The translations under genes and the position numbers were made by a program. Source: Selaginella moellendorffii (Eukaryota > Plantae > Lycopodiophyta). Taken from it: a stretch of 64,000 nt of DNA. Shown here piece by piece: positions 1 through 16,915 of this stretch. The first letter of the stretch is position 1; each line of letters begins with the position of its first letter. The notes below the pieces were generated by a model, which ran no database searches, had not been told where the DNA came from, and saw only the letters and a program-made list of their open reading frames with translations. The stretch is from the NCBI RefSeq assembly GCF_000143415.4, contig NW_003314265.1:2212777-2276776 (forward strand). Reading direction: 5' to 3'.

Positions 1-71
1 GGCTCTTTTGAAGGTGAAAATTTCATTGAACTGGAATTGCTTTCTTACTTCGTGTATTCATCTGAATATAG

Positions 72-3000
72 GGGCTAGAAGATCGAGCATGGCGCACAAA
101 GCAGGGAAGTGTTCAACTGCTTGGGGCTATGGCTTTTTGTGCTCCTCGGCAGCTCTCGCAATGCTTGCCAACAATTGTCCCGAAGCTTAGTGAGGTAAAC
201 ATATCTATTTGAAATACATGATATTTAAAATACCGTTGTCTTCTTGCAGGTGCTCACCGATACACACCCGAAAGTTCAAGCAGCGGCTCAAACTGCTTTA
301 CAGCAGGTTGCTACTTCTTCTTAATTTGTTTTCTTTTTTCTAAGGTGATTTGCCTGTTAACAAGGTGGGAAGTGTCATAAAGAATCCGGAGATTTCGGCG
401 CTTGTTCCTTTACTGCTAGTTGGAATTTCGGATCCGAATGAACACACAAAATCTTCTCTTGATGCGCTATTACAGGTACATTTGACTTCCTTGTTTCTTT
501 GACGAACATTAGTGCACTGCAGACAATATTTGTTAATACCGTGGATGCTCCGGCCTTGGCTCTTGTGGTCCCTATTGTTCATCGCGGTTTAAGAGAGCGA
601 AGTTCGGAGACGAAGAAAAAGGCCGCTCAGATAGTTGGAAACATGTGCTCCTTGGTTACTGATTATAAAGATATGCTTCCATACATGCTATTACTGCTTC
701 CGGAGGTCAAAAAGGTTCTTGTGAAACGCATTGAACTTTCGCTATCTAATCTGCGGTTTTCCAGGTTTTAGTGGACCCGATTCCTGAAGTTCGTTCTGTT
801 GCTGCAAAAGCTCTTGGCTCCCTTACCAAGGGTATGGGAGATGACAACTTTCCATCACTAGTGCCGTGGCTTCTTGAGACGTTGAAGTCTGAAAATAGTA
901 GTGTCGAAAGATCTGGGGCTGCTCAAGGCTTGAGCGAAGTTTTGGCTGCGTTAGGCATGGATTATTTCGACAAGCTTCTACCGGATATCATAGAAAATNN
1001 NNNNNNNNNNNNNNNNNNNNNNNNNNNNNNNNNNNNNNNNNNNNNNNNNNNNNNNNNNNNNNNNNNNNNNNNNNNNNNNNNNNNNNNNNNNNNNNNNNAT
1101 CTCACGTTATTTAAGGTAACTTGTTCTGCATCATTTGAGTCTCTTCATCTTTTCGTATTTTGCAGTATCTGCCGAGCTCCCTTGGTTTATCGTTTCAGAC
1201 TTATCTGCCTCGTGTTTTACCAGCTATTCTAGACGGTGGGATCTCCTTCTTTGCAATTTGTAATCTAATGTTCTCTTCATTTCAGGACTGGCCGACGAAA
1301 ATGAATCGGTCCGTGACGCGGCATTGAGTGCCGGACACGTTTTTGTCGAACACTATGCAACAACGTATTTTAATTTTTATCACGATATCGTTTTGAAACT
1401 CTATCCATTTTCAGGTCATTACCTCAACTCCTTCCTGCTGTTGAGGAAGGGATTTTTCATGATAATTGGCGGATATGACAGAGTTCCGTTGAGCTTCTTG
1501 GAGACCTTCTCTTCAGGTGATATTCTTCTTCTTCAGTTTTTTTTATAAAATTATCCTCCTTAGGTGGCCGGGACGTCTGGGAAAGTTGTATTGGAAGGAG
1601 GAAGTGACGATGAAGGAGCAAGCACCGAAGCCCATGGCCGTGCCATTGTGGACATTTTGGGAAGTCAGCGCCGGAACGAAATTTTGGCTGCTCTATATAT
1701 GCTTCGGTCGGATGTTGGTATGACGGTTCGACAGGTATTGTGATTCCTAGGCTTGATGAGAAGAAGTCAAGTGATGATTGATGTTCTTACAGGCAGCTTT
1801 GCACGTCTGGAAAACAGTGGTTGCGAACACCCCAAAGACTTTAAAAGAAATAATGCCGGTTCTTATGAGCACACTCATATCATCTCTCGCGTCATCATCT
1901 GCTGAACGCCGTCAGGTGCTTTTCAAGTTGCTAGAGGAGGTTGATTTTACGTTTGAAATTACAGGTTGCAGGTCGATCTTTAGGGGAGCTAGTTCGAAAA
2001 TTGGGAGACAGGGTTCTTCCATCAATAATTCCGATTCTTGCGCAGGGTCTGGAGGATGAAGACGACGGCACGAGACAGGTTTGGCTTATTCCTTCTTAAA
2101 AACATATTTCTCAACTCTTTTGCAGGGAGTTTGTATGGGGTTGAGCGAAGTTATGGCTAGTGCTGGAAAACTCCAGCTTGTAACTTACATGGGAGAACTA
2201 ATTCCGACTATAAGAACCGCTCTCTGTGACAGGCATGCAACTGGTTTTGAAGTTTCATTCCTAAATATTCAACTTCTTGTTGCTTGTAGTGTGAGTGAAG
2301 TACGAGAGGCAGCGGGACTTGCATTCGGCACTTTATTCAAGGTTTGTTTTGGTTTATCTTAAGATAATAGTGCATGCTATGAAACCTTTTCTGCACAGAG
2401 TGCTGGAATGCAGGCGATTGATGAGATTGTCCCATCTCTTCTTGGTGCTTTAGAGGTCTCGGAAACATCTGGCACAGCCTTAGATGGGCTGAAACAGATT
2501 TTAAGGTAAAAATCTACTTTAAAGAAGTGCTAAATTTTATTTTATTTTCTATGTTGTAGCGTTCGAACTGCAGCNNNNNNNNNNNNNNNNNNNNNNNNNN
2601 NNNNNNNNNNNNNNNNNNNNNNNNNNNNNNNNNNNNNNNNNNNNNNNNNNNNNNNNNNNNNNNNNNNNNNNNNNTGATTTTTCACATCAGATTCAAGCTT
2701 CTTGGATGCAGTGCGTTCAACGCCCATGCTTTGGGAGCATTGGCAGAAGTGGCTGGTCCAGGCTTGAATGGTCATCTTTCAACGATTTTGCCGCCCCTAA
2801 TCGCTGCAATGGATTCAGATGAAATGGTACGTGCAATTTTTGGTTTATCGAGATTATTCATCACTGCTCTACAGGATGTGGCTTCTTTTGCAAAGAGTGC
2901 GGGTGAAACAGTTGTTTTGGCTATTGACGGAGAAGGACTTGAGTATCTTCTCTCGGAGCTTGTCCGCGGCCTTGGTGATACTCAGGTATGATTTCGTGAG

Positions 3001-5170
3001 CTCCTTCGAGAAGGATTGTCTGTCCGTGTTTCACTTTTTTATTGTCCGTTGTAGGCTTCAATCAGGACATGGTCGGCCTACCTTACGGGATATCTTTTCA
3101 AAAATACAAAGCTGGACCTGAGCGACGAGCTGCCCAACATTTTGACTACTCTGGTAGTAATGCTCACTGATGTCAACGACAATACTGTTAAAGTAAGTCT
3201 CATCTTTACACCGGGCTGTTGTTCACTTCTTTACGCGTTCAGGCTGTTTGGGAAGCATTGGCGTCCGTGACTGCTACCATATCCAAGGAAAATCAACCGT
3301 CCTATGTGAAAGTGTTACGTGATGCTGTGTCCACTGCCCGGGACAAAGAGCGTCGCAAGCGGAAGGTTGGCTTATAAGTTAAACAGCTCTTTTTTTTACT
3401 TATAATTATTATTATGCAGGGCGGCCCTGTCGTAATTCCTGGGTTTTGTTTGCCAAAGGGACTGCAGCCGGTTTTACCTATTTTATTGCAGGTATGCTGT
3501 TGCTTACGTTTTTCCACTAACTAGTTTTCTTGCCATGCAGGGGCTTATGAGTGGTTCTGCTGATTTGAGAGAACAAGCAGCAGAGGGTATTGGGGAGCTA
3601 GTTACCGTGACAAGTGAGGCTGCGGTTAAACCTTTTGTGGTGCCAATAACGGGGTAAAGTTCGCTTGTTTAAATGTTGGTGCCAACTATTTGGTTTGTTT
3701 CTCAGGCCTCTCATTCGCATCATTGGAGACCGATTCACCTGGCAAGTAAAGGGCGCAATTTTAGGGACTCTGGGAATTATCATCAGCAAAGGAGGCATCG
3801 CTCTGAAACCGTTTCTTCCACAACTACAAACAACTTTTATGAAATGTCTTCAGGACAATACGAGGTGCATTTAGCCAGTTGCGATTCTGTTTCCATAATT
3901 CTGCTCTTTCTGCCTTTAGAATTGTTCGATCACGTGCAGCTGCATCGCTTGGCAAACTATCGATACTAAGCACAAGAGTTGATCCCCTTGTTGGGGATCT
4001 TGTTGCAGGACTTCAGGTATTACTTAAGTATTCACGTTACAATCTGTGACTTGAAACTTTGGCAGTCTGCGGAAGGTGGAGTGAAAGGAGCCATGCTGGT
4101 TGCTCTTAAGGGGGTCGTGAGGCATGCCGGCAAAAGTCTGAGCTCGGCCGTTTTAGATCGACTTACGGTTTTGTTACAAGACCTCTTAGCTACAGAAGAG
4201 GAGGAGCACAGGATACTCGCCGGCAAAACCTTTGGTCTCGTTTCTCAGGTTCTAATTTACATATTGCCTCCCCTTCTTAGTAACTGTTGGCTTTTTTTAT
4301 CTGCAGTTCGTTGTGGATGACAGTTTCTCGGCATTGCTTCATGCCGTTCTAGTGCCTGGAACGTCTTGGACGTCGAGACATGGCATGACACTTGCTCTAG
4401 CATCAATAATTCGTTACTCCCCGAGCCGCTTATGTGCTTCACCATCTCTGCATTCAGCATCACTTAACACCTTGAAAACCAGGGTCAAAGATGACAAGGT
4501 ACAAATGCTTGTGTGCAACTATACAGCATTGTCTGATTGTGTGCTGTCTGTAGGCTTCTGTAAGGGAGTGCTGTACACGGGCTTTTGGACGTCTGGTAGC
4601 CTATGAGCTACAATCTCGGCCCTCCGACGCCTTGAAGTCTTTGTCAGACGTGCTCCCTGTCCTTGTTGGCCTTCTTAACGACGATGCCAGTGATGTTAGG
4701 CGCGCGTCCCTTAGCAGCATAAAGATCATAGCAAAGGTATGCTTTTGGTTTGTTTTTGCGAGGCTGGAATTTCCTTATCATTATATCTGTTTGTTCACAG
4801 ATCAAACCAGACTCATTGGCCGCGCGTATAACTACCTTAGGACCAGCGATTGCAGAGTCTATGAAGGATTCCAACACCCCCGTCCGAATGGCGGCGGAGC
4901 GTTGCGCGTATCATGTTTTCCAGCTGAACAAAGGTGAGCTACCAACAATGTAATTCTATAGAGCTCGCCCCTCACTGACGATGGATACGTTGCAGGACCG
5001 GAAAATACTCAGGTCGCGCAGAGATACATTACTGGTCTTGACGCCAGAAGAATAGCCAAGCAACCAGAGCAAAGGTGAGATTGTAGCATGACGTTATTTT
5101 CCTTCCATGCTGCTCTAACTACGTAAACTCTTGCAGTGACGACAGCGATGCCAGTGAGATTGATCAATAA
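72..5170 (+). CDS. GCN1: GCN1/ILITHYIA HEAT-repeat translational activator, 3' portion (multi-exon; 5' end upstream of window; two 100-N gaps inside)
   Basis: Spliced exons read [108 protein letters not shown], all characteristic of plant GCN1; stop TAA at 5168-5170. Confidence 0.96.
999..1098. other. Assembly gap (100 N)
   Basis: N run inside GCN1; a second 100-N gap lies at 2575-2674. Confidence 0.99.
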
Positions 5171-5369
5171 GTAAGCAGGCAGTATATTTTTGTTCTATAT
5201 TTTGCGTCCACTACTGGAGAGGGCCTGGAGTCCTTCTGTTCCGGTATTCATCACCATCATACTCATATACTTCCTGGTATAATAACAGCCGCAAGCCACC
5301 TTGTTTTGTATTTCGAAAGTTGCTAATTCCACGATATTTTTTACACAAAAAGAATATAGGTGCGTGTTT

Positions 5370-9636
<4,267 letters not shown>

Positions 9637-10197
9637 TCCAGGTCCAAATCTTCAGAGAACCATACTGATAGTACAGAGAACAGTAGCTCGGCTCACGAGC
9701 AAAGAAAAAAGAATGACAAAAAAAATCGGGGCGCAAAGTGAGAACATACTCATTTCTTTCGCTTCGCAAGTCTAAATTCCAATGCGGCAACCGTAGACTT
9801 TGTCAAATTGTCACTCTAGATTTTTTTTCCAAGATCTTGGACCGACACAATCGTCAGAGTGATTGCAAAATCGACCAAGAAGAAGTCAATCGCCGCGATT
9901 AGCAAGAGGATTGACTTGTTTATAGCTTAAAAAAGAACTTGCCTTGGGGGCTATTGATCGATCGACCAGAATGAGTCGCGCAGCATACCGCAAGGCCCCA
10001 GAAGGCGCTGCTGCCATGGAAACGATTCGAATCGAGCAAAAAGAATGCGCCATCGCCATAAACCCTAAAATATTGGAAAGCTTTCGAATTGGGGGGGGAA
10101 AGTTTCCCTAGCAGCACTCTTGGTGAGTGAGGGAATAAAGAAACAAACGCGCGGCTTTAAATGGCGAGACATCGATGAATTGGTTGATCGATCCAGA

Positions 10198-10755
10198 ATG
10201 GCTCCCTCTTCTCTCGCGATCCTCTTCTTCGCGCTACTCGCATTGGCGCCATCGGGCACCAGCGATCCAATAGCAGCGCCGCCGCGTGAGAACGACGATC
10301 AAGCCATTAGCGGGCGAATGGAGCGGCCGTGGAGCATCCTCCAGTTCTACATGCACGATCAAACCTCGGGCTCCAATCCCACCACCGCCTTCGTCACCAC
10401 GCCGCAGATCAACAACGACACTTACTTCGGCGTCGTCGCGGTGTTCGACGATCTGCTCACGCGATCGCCCTCGATCCAATCCGCCAGGGTCGGGAGAATG
10501 CGCGGGATGTTCACCTTCGATTCCCTCTCCGCGCTGAGCTTGCTCCAGAGCGCCACGGTGGAGATCTTTGGCCGCGCCGGGAGCATCAGCCTCCATGGCC
10601 AGAATCCCTTCCTGGATCCCCAGCGCGAGCTCGCCGTGATTGGGGGGAGTGGCGAGTTTCGTTGCGCGCGAGGATACGCGACGGTGTCCACCGCGGGCAA
10701 CGAGCCTGGCGGACTTGTGCTCTTCTGGAACATCTTCTACAGGCTAGACTGCTAG
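10198..10755 (+). CDS. Dirigent protein (secreted, intronless)
   Basis: Signal peptide, LQFYMHD, FGVVAVFDDLLT, VGRMRG, RELAVIGGSGEFRCARGYA dirigent motifs. Confidence 0.93.
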   Translation: MAPSSLAILFFALLALAPSGTSDPIAAPPRENDDQAISGRMERPWSILQFYMHDQTSGSNPTTAFVTTPQINNDTYFGVVAVFDDLLTRSPSIQSARVGRMRGMFTFDSLSALSLLQSATVEIFGRAGSISLHGQNPFLDPQRELAVIGGSGEFRCARGYATVSTAGNEPGGLVLFWNIFYRLDC

Positions 10756-10800
10756 ACTGGTGCTGACCACATTTGACTATACTTGACTTTTCTTACACAC

Positions 10801-10820
10801 TCTCTCTCTCTCTCTCTCTC
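10801..10820. repeat. (TC)10 microsatellite
   Basis: Directly visible tctctctctc run. Confidence 0.95.
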
Positions 10821-11045
10821 ACATAGCTTTGATATAGTCCGGGAAAACTACTGAAAATCATATGGATCATGAGCACAAGAAAACTCTGTAATAAACTCAA
10901 AACACAAACTTGGAGAAAGATCGTAGTCTCCTAGGCTTGCTTGATCAGAAGTTATTGGATGCGTATCATAGCAACAAGAAAACTCGTTTACAAACTCGAG
11001 CACAAACTATAGAGAAAGGTCGTAGTTTCCTAGGCTTTTGCTTGA

Positions 11046-13534
11046 TCAGAAGTTGACGCTTAATCGGCTAGAGCACTCCAGCGTGAGCCGCCTCTGGATC
11101 TTGGTTCTCGACGATCGTTGGTGCTCCATCTCTTCTTTGCTCCATTTCACATGAGCTGCGCTCCTAGATCTGGATGCTAGAGCAGCCTTTGTTGGAGTGC
11201 TCGAGTCTTCCTCCTGTCCATTTGGAGTCATGAGAGCCGGATTTTTTACTTGCTGCTGCTGCTGCTGTGGATGATGAATCCTTTGCCGAGAAGCGGGAAC
11301 TATAGCGCGTTTTCTTCCCAGATCGATGGAAATCTGCGGAGAGTCCGAGCTAGCGAAGCTCTTGATCTTCTTGGCGAGCAGGCTTTCCGGCCAGATTGGC
11401 TCGTTGAACTCTTGCAACGCGCACCGGTTCTTGCACAGGCTGCTTATCGTCGGTGTCATAAACCTCGGCAAAGATGGTGTACTTGGAGATGGATTCGTCG
11501 TAGCCGCACCGGTTAGCTTGTCGTTGCGATGGTCAGAGCTTTCGAGGAGCTGATGAGCGTCACTGAAACGTGTGGAGTTTCTTTTCTTCTCGTTGACGGT
11601 CGACTCGAGAGCCTGGATATCGACACTTAGGCGCTGGCACTCACCTTCCAGAGCCTCCATTTTCTGGACGATGCTGGAGATCCGCGCTTCTCGCTCCCGG
11701 GATTTCTGTGGAAGGAGATCACTTCAAGGTTGAAAGAAAGAACCAAAAAAATAAAGACTTACTGCTGCACAGTCGCGACTTAAGTGAATTCCTCGCGCTC
11801 TAGCTGCGAACGTCAAGGAACAAGTGGTCTCTGCCGAATCCTCCTCCTTGGGACTTGCATGGACGAACATGACAACTTTGGAGTTACATCCTACAGACAC
11901 AAAACAATCAAAAGAACCGAAAAAATGAAAAAGAACAAGTTTGCTTACCGAGGCAATCCCGAAGAATTTGCGTCAGCTTGCTGTTCCTGAAGAAGAAAAA
12001 TGTTTGTGATACCATTCGAGCTATAGTAAGGGCTCTATGCATACCTGTAAGGAATGTGTGCTTGCTTTTTTTGTAGAGCACTGATCACGTCTCCCAGTGC
12101 AGTGAGGGAGACGTTGATGGATTTGCCTTCCTCCAAAACCTTACCCCATGCCTGGGTTTTGAAGAAGCGTTCGCTGCCACCGAGATCAATAAGCCACACT
12201 TTGCTTCTCGAGACTTTATCTAACTGGGACTTGCGAACAATGTTTACTCGAACCAAGCTGCACGATCAATATTGTCAAGCCTATATACACGAAAAATAGA
12301 AGAAAAGAGGAAATCGAACCAGTGTGATCTGCTGGAGCTTTCATTTGAGCTTGTGGACGAAGTGGATCTGGCACGAGTACCTTTCCTGTAAAACTTGAGA
12401 GCGTCTGAGAGATTGTCAATCACATACTCCGTCAGGTTCTCGACCTCTACGTGATCCGAAACGCTCAGATGAATATTCAAGCTACAAAGAAAAGCGGCTT
12501 AGAATGTATAATGATCATGTCACAGAGACAAACCTCTTTGCTGGAGGGTCTGTTAGTCGCGTCGGCCGGGGAACCAGAAGATCACGCAGCGTTCCTTTGT
12601 AAATCTCCAACATGCTCAAAGTGAAGCGATAGTCACTGGTTGGCAAATTCTTGTCCTTGAAAAGCTGCTGCAGTGTCCGCGGAACAATTCCAGGGGCTCC
12701 TTTCTGGCCTTCCTGCTTATCACTCGACTTTTAGCATTGAGAGAAATGAAGAACACTTCCAGAGCGTGCTTACCATTGTGTAAGTCTTCCCAGTGCCTGT
12801 TTGGCCGTAAGAGAATATACAAATGTTGTGGCCGTCCAGAGCAGACTTGATAGTCGGCTGCACGTCCAGAAAAACATCCTCTGCAAGAATTGAAGCAAGT
12901 TTCTTCAGAATCTACATCTCGAGAAATGAAAAATGTTCGTACCTTGCGAGGCCGAGGGAGAAAATACTTTATCAAACTTGAACGTTTTGGAAGGCTCCCC
13001 GTTGGAAGAGACGCGAACCTCGGTCGGAGAGACAACCTCGCAGGCATGGGCGACATTTTCGTGAGGGAGATAAGGCCTCACTCTGCAAAAAACTCGTACA
13101 TTCCCTGCAAAGCTAGCATTAAACAGGTATTATCAACAACAAGGCCGGAAAGACGAAAGAAGAAAAAAGAAGAAGCAAAAAGAAGCAGAGGCATACCTTG
13201 GAGATCGAGTAGCTTGCCGAGGCTCAGCCTTCTGTTAACATTCGACAGAGCAAAAGCTGCCTTGAGTAGAATGAGCTCTCCTGGCGAGAAAGTCTTATTC
13301 AGCTTTAAGAGGAGGAAGTAAAGCAAGGAAAAGAGGCCAACCTTCGAGAGCTCCGAGAGAATCTCCTGGTTTGCTGCCACTAGCGTTGTCGTCCTGAGAG
13401 CCCTCCGAATGGAAGTCCTCGATGACGAGCTTCACCGAGTTCACGAGGCTAAAATCCTTGCGCGCGTCCAGGCTGAGACACCTGAAAGAATCCCCGAGCC
13501 GCTCGAACGACTGATCGAGATCGAGAGATCCCAT
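11046..13534 (-). CDS. Kinesin-14 family motor protein, multi-exon
   Basis: [15 protein letters not shown] neck, P-loop [20 protein letters not shown] switch [10 protein letters not shown] switch [18 protein letters not shown]-terminal coiled coil and PRFMTPT tail. Start codon is a best guess. Confidence 0.92.
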
Positions 13535-14053
13535 CACAAACTTTGGTTGCTACTTCTTACAAAACATCCAGAGGCAATGGAGATGGTTCTCAAAATGATT
13601 GAAGCTGCAGACAAAAGCACAGGACTGCCATTAGCAAAAGGAAAGCAGTAGTCATCACAGAAAGAGGATGAACAGCGAAAATAAAGAAAAGCTCCTGAGC
13701 GACTGTGAAAGTTTCTCCGACAAAACAACTTTGTTTGTCTCGATCGGTGGGCGAGAACTATTCAGTCGATGCAGAAGTCTGCACTGTTTTCCAGGAAAAA
13801 ACCATTCATCACCAAAGAGCAAGAAAGAAAAAAAAAGGGAGCCAAGCTCCGATAATCGACACAGAGACAAAGGCGGAGGACTCGATCGACCGCAAAAACC
13901 TCCAAGGCTATGGCATTTCGGTCACGAACTTCTCACACCCACGAAAGAACTCGCAAGAACTTCGCAAAAAACACTTCCAAGGCAAGGGTTTCTACACACC
14001 TGGAAGAAGATCCGTTGCTCAAACCTAAGATTTCTTCCAGGAATCTTGTGTGC

Positions 14054-14074
14054 GAGAGAGAGAGAGAGAGAGAG
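14054..14074. repeat. (GA)n microsatellite
   Basis: Visible gagagagag run upstream of the kinesin gene. Confidence 0.9.
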
Positions 14075-14363
14075 GCCCCATCATCACACACGCTTTGAAT
14101 GTAGTGCAATGGTGTGTGATGCATGGTTCGCATTTTGCCCCCATCATGCATTGTGACATGTTGCATGATTCATGATTGCGAATGCTATGCGTTACATACA
14201 TGGAATGCTATGGGTGTGATGCATGGCCATGGATTATAGCTCCACTGACAGCCGTATCTATACATTGTCTCGTTGTAATATTCCCTTCACAATGCTTGTG
14301 TTAATTAATCTCGCAGGGCAGGACTGAGAAAGACGTTTTTGTCGAAAGGGTTTTACGTGAAAT

Positions 14364-14435
14364 GCCCTTGTAGCTCAGTGGTAGAGCGCCAGTCTTGTAA
14401 ACTGGAGGTCCAGAGTTCAACCCTCTGCGGGGGCA
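14364..14435 (+). tRNA. tRNA-Thr (TGT)
   Basis: GCCCTTG/CGGGGGC acceptor stem, A-box TAGCTCAGTGG, anticodon arm CCAGT-CTTGTAA-ACTGG, T-loop GTTCAA, downstream T runs. Confidence 0.95.
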
Positions 14436-14487
14436 AAGTTAATTGAAATTTACTTTTTACATTGGACGAATCTCTTTGTGCTGATCG

Positions 14488-14640
14488 CTACATGGAATCA
14501 CTTGTGCTGATCGATTCGTAGCGTTTGCTTCCATTCTCCTTGATCGCGTTGGAGACCTTGGCAGCTGCCACGAGCAGGATCGCTCCGGCAGCTCGCAGCG
14601 CCACTGTCGGCTTCACGCCCGCGAGGATTTCCCAAAACAT
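14488..14640 (-). CDS. Putative 50-aa micropeptide with a hydrophobic segment (MFWEILAGVKPTVALRAAGAILLVAAAKVSNAIKENGSKRYESISTSDSM)
   Basis: ATG-to-TAG ORF, GC-rich relative to flanks, one Ala/Leu-rich hydrophobic stretch; below the ORF-track cutoff; no family recognised. Confidence 0.4.
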   Translation of the reverse strand: MFWEILAGVKPTVALRAAGAILLVAAAKVSNAIKENGSKRYESISTSDSM

Positions 14641-14887
14641 TGCGGTTTTCTCTTTTCAACTCCTTCATCCACAAATTGACGAAGACGAATGGAGAATTTT
14701 TGAGTGACTGGAGTGGGGAGTTTCTAGTTTTCATGTCGAGGCAGGACAGGAGCGAATACCTTGCAATTCCCGAGCGCCTCTCTAGCCCTAACCTTTCACA
14801 TCTGGACAACTCGACAGCTCGCCACGTGTTCGCTTTCTAAGGAGGTCCTGAGCTCGATTCCTGTCAGCTACTTCTAGGGTTCTTGCG

Positions 14888-15866
14888 ATGATAGGCGCCA
14901 GAGCTGTGAAGCAGATCGTCAATGTCGTGGACCGGCCTCTTGGGAAGGGCAAATCCGAGGTAAGCACGATGATCTTGATCTCATAGAATGCAAGCACAAG
15001 ATCGCATTTCCAGGTCAGTGTGAATGCTCTCTCGTTTTTGTTCTCCGAGATCGTGCAGTACAACCAGACGCGAGTGGATAACATCGCAGAGCTCGAGCGC
15101 AGGTAAAAAATCTCGATGCTTCACTGTGAGAATGTATGTGATGGAAGTCTCTCAAAGATTGGAGGATCAGGGATATGGCGTTGGTCTCCGTTTCCTCGAG
15201 CTTTTGTGTCACAGAGAGAAGGTAAGAATCTCTAGTAGACGTGTTAATTTTTTGTTTTTAACTCTCTCATAGGGTAACAAACGAGAGATACGATTGCTAG
15301 GAATCTTATCTTTTGTCCACACCACTGTCTGGAAGTCTCTCTTTGGAAAGGTAAGTTTCGTGGTTTTTCTTTCAGGCAAGTAGAAGTGATCTCTCCGAAT
15401 AGGTTGCCGACTCTTTGGAAAAAGGCACGGAGCACGACGACGAGTACATGATCAGCGAGAAAGAACTTCTCGTGAACAAGTAAGTTGCTCTGTGCTGCGA
15501 GAAAACGCATTAATTTTGCCATGGTTTTTAGATACATCTCAGTGCCTAAGGACATGGGAGCCTTTAACTGCGGAGCATACGTCGCGGGTATTGTAAAGGT
15601 TGGGCATAGATGTCTCATTTCAAGTAAAGATTCTGAGGTTTTCTCTCCTCGCAGGGTGTGTTGGAAGGTGCTGGATTTCCTGCTAGAGTAACGGCTCATT
15701 ACGTACCAATGGAAGGCCAGAGTCGGCCAAGGACAACAATTCTAATCAAATTTTCCGAGGAGGTAAGATAAAGCATCGTCCCTGCGGTTCTAGCTGTTCT
15801 AGCTTTCAACCCTTTGCGGCGTAAACATTCTCGCAGGTTTTGAGGCGAGAGGCACGTCTTGGCTAG
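14888..15866 (+). CDS. TRAPPC5: TRAPP complex subunit 5 (Trs31), multi-exon
   Basis: VDRPLGKGKSEVSVNALSFLFSEIVQYNQ, LEDQGYGVGLRFLELL, YISVPKDMGAFNCGAYVAGIVKG, AGFPARVTAH; stop TAG 15864-15866. Confidence 0.95.
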
Positions 15867-16015
15867 CATGAAATATGCATTGTAAGAAGAAGGCTGTGGC
15901 CAAAGAAACAAGTGAGCTTTTGTTTCCACTTATCAACAATTAACCAGCTTATGTGGACGAATAAAGGATGCCACATGTTTTACAGCAGAAGGCCACGGAA
16001 GCAAGTGATTGGGTA

Positions 16016-16915
16016 ATGGCTGTGGCAATGGCGCCTTGCAATACATGCTCCACACCGGTCGTCAAGGGTTGCATTGATACGGCATCACAGGTATGCGAAA
16101 GAATGAACTAAATGGAGGTACCAAATTTCATGCTCTAAAGAACAACGTGATGAAAATCACTGTGTGGCTCATTCAATGGCCGCTCTGTGGTGTTTTTCAA
16201 ATTCCAGCGCTTGAATTCTAGTCTCCCGGGTGCGCTGAAGAAGTCTGGATGTAATGTTTCGGCAAAATGCAAGCAGTTCGAACGAGCAAAGGTTTGCATT
16301 CATTTCTATATTGTTTGTATTTCTCATTCCTAACGGAAGTTTCTCTCCAGAAGTCTAAAAAGCACACGGAATTCAGGCTACATTCTTTCAGTCTAATAGG
16401 CTTATTCACGCTTGCTACCACCAGACCTGTCGAAGAAGTTTTCAACACCTGGGTGATGAGCGAGCAAGAGATAAAAAACATGTGTAAGCGTATTAATAGA
16501 TACAGCTTGTCATCGGGAACTGCTGATCTTCTTTCCAGATATGTTTATTGCGATCCTGTTCTCGTTCGGGTGCTGCGTTGCTGGCTCCATGATTGTAAGT
16601 TCGTGCTTCGTTTGTAAAAGCTTGAGCTAAAGCATTTTTTATTCTTCTTACGTAACGCAATTCTAGGATCCTTACTATGATGGAGACGATTATCGTCGTG
16701 CCGGAGGTGATGGATCCGTTCACTGGCAATATGACAAGGCAAGTGTAGAAAACAAAAATCAGTTTCTAACAGAACGCTTAAACTTCGATACACAGACTGA
16801 AAGGGAAGAGATAGAAGCTCGTGAAGAACTCTGGGAAGAGGAGCTTCAGCGGGAACTCGAAGAGAAATCCAGGCTCCTGAAGCAAGTCGAGGAGAAAGAA
16901 AAAGAGCGGGTGTGA
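16016..16915 (+). CDS. PnsB4: Chloroplast NDH subcomplex B subunit PnsB4/NDF6, six short exons, one GC-AG intron
   Basis: Manual splicing gives a transit-like N-terminus, then WVMSEQEIKNMYMFIAILFSFGCCVAGSMIDPYYDGDDYRRAGGDGSVHWQYDKTEREEIEAREELWEEELQRELEEK, matching the recalled NDF6 signature (DPFYDSEEYRGDGGDG...ARAELWREEL). Confidence 0.88.

Noticed and set aside
999-2674. Apparent disruptions in GCN1
   Set aside because: Both are fixed-length 100-N assembly gaps, not biological lesions.
16453-16527. C/D-box snoRNA-like GTGATGA...CTGA
   Set aside because: The C box lies in a PnsB4 coding exon (WVMS) and the element spans a splice donor.
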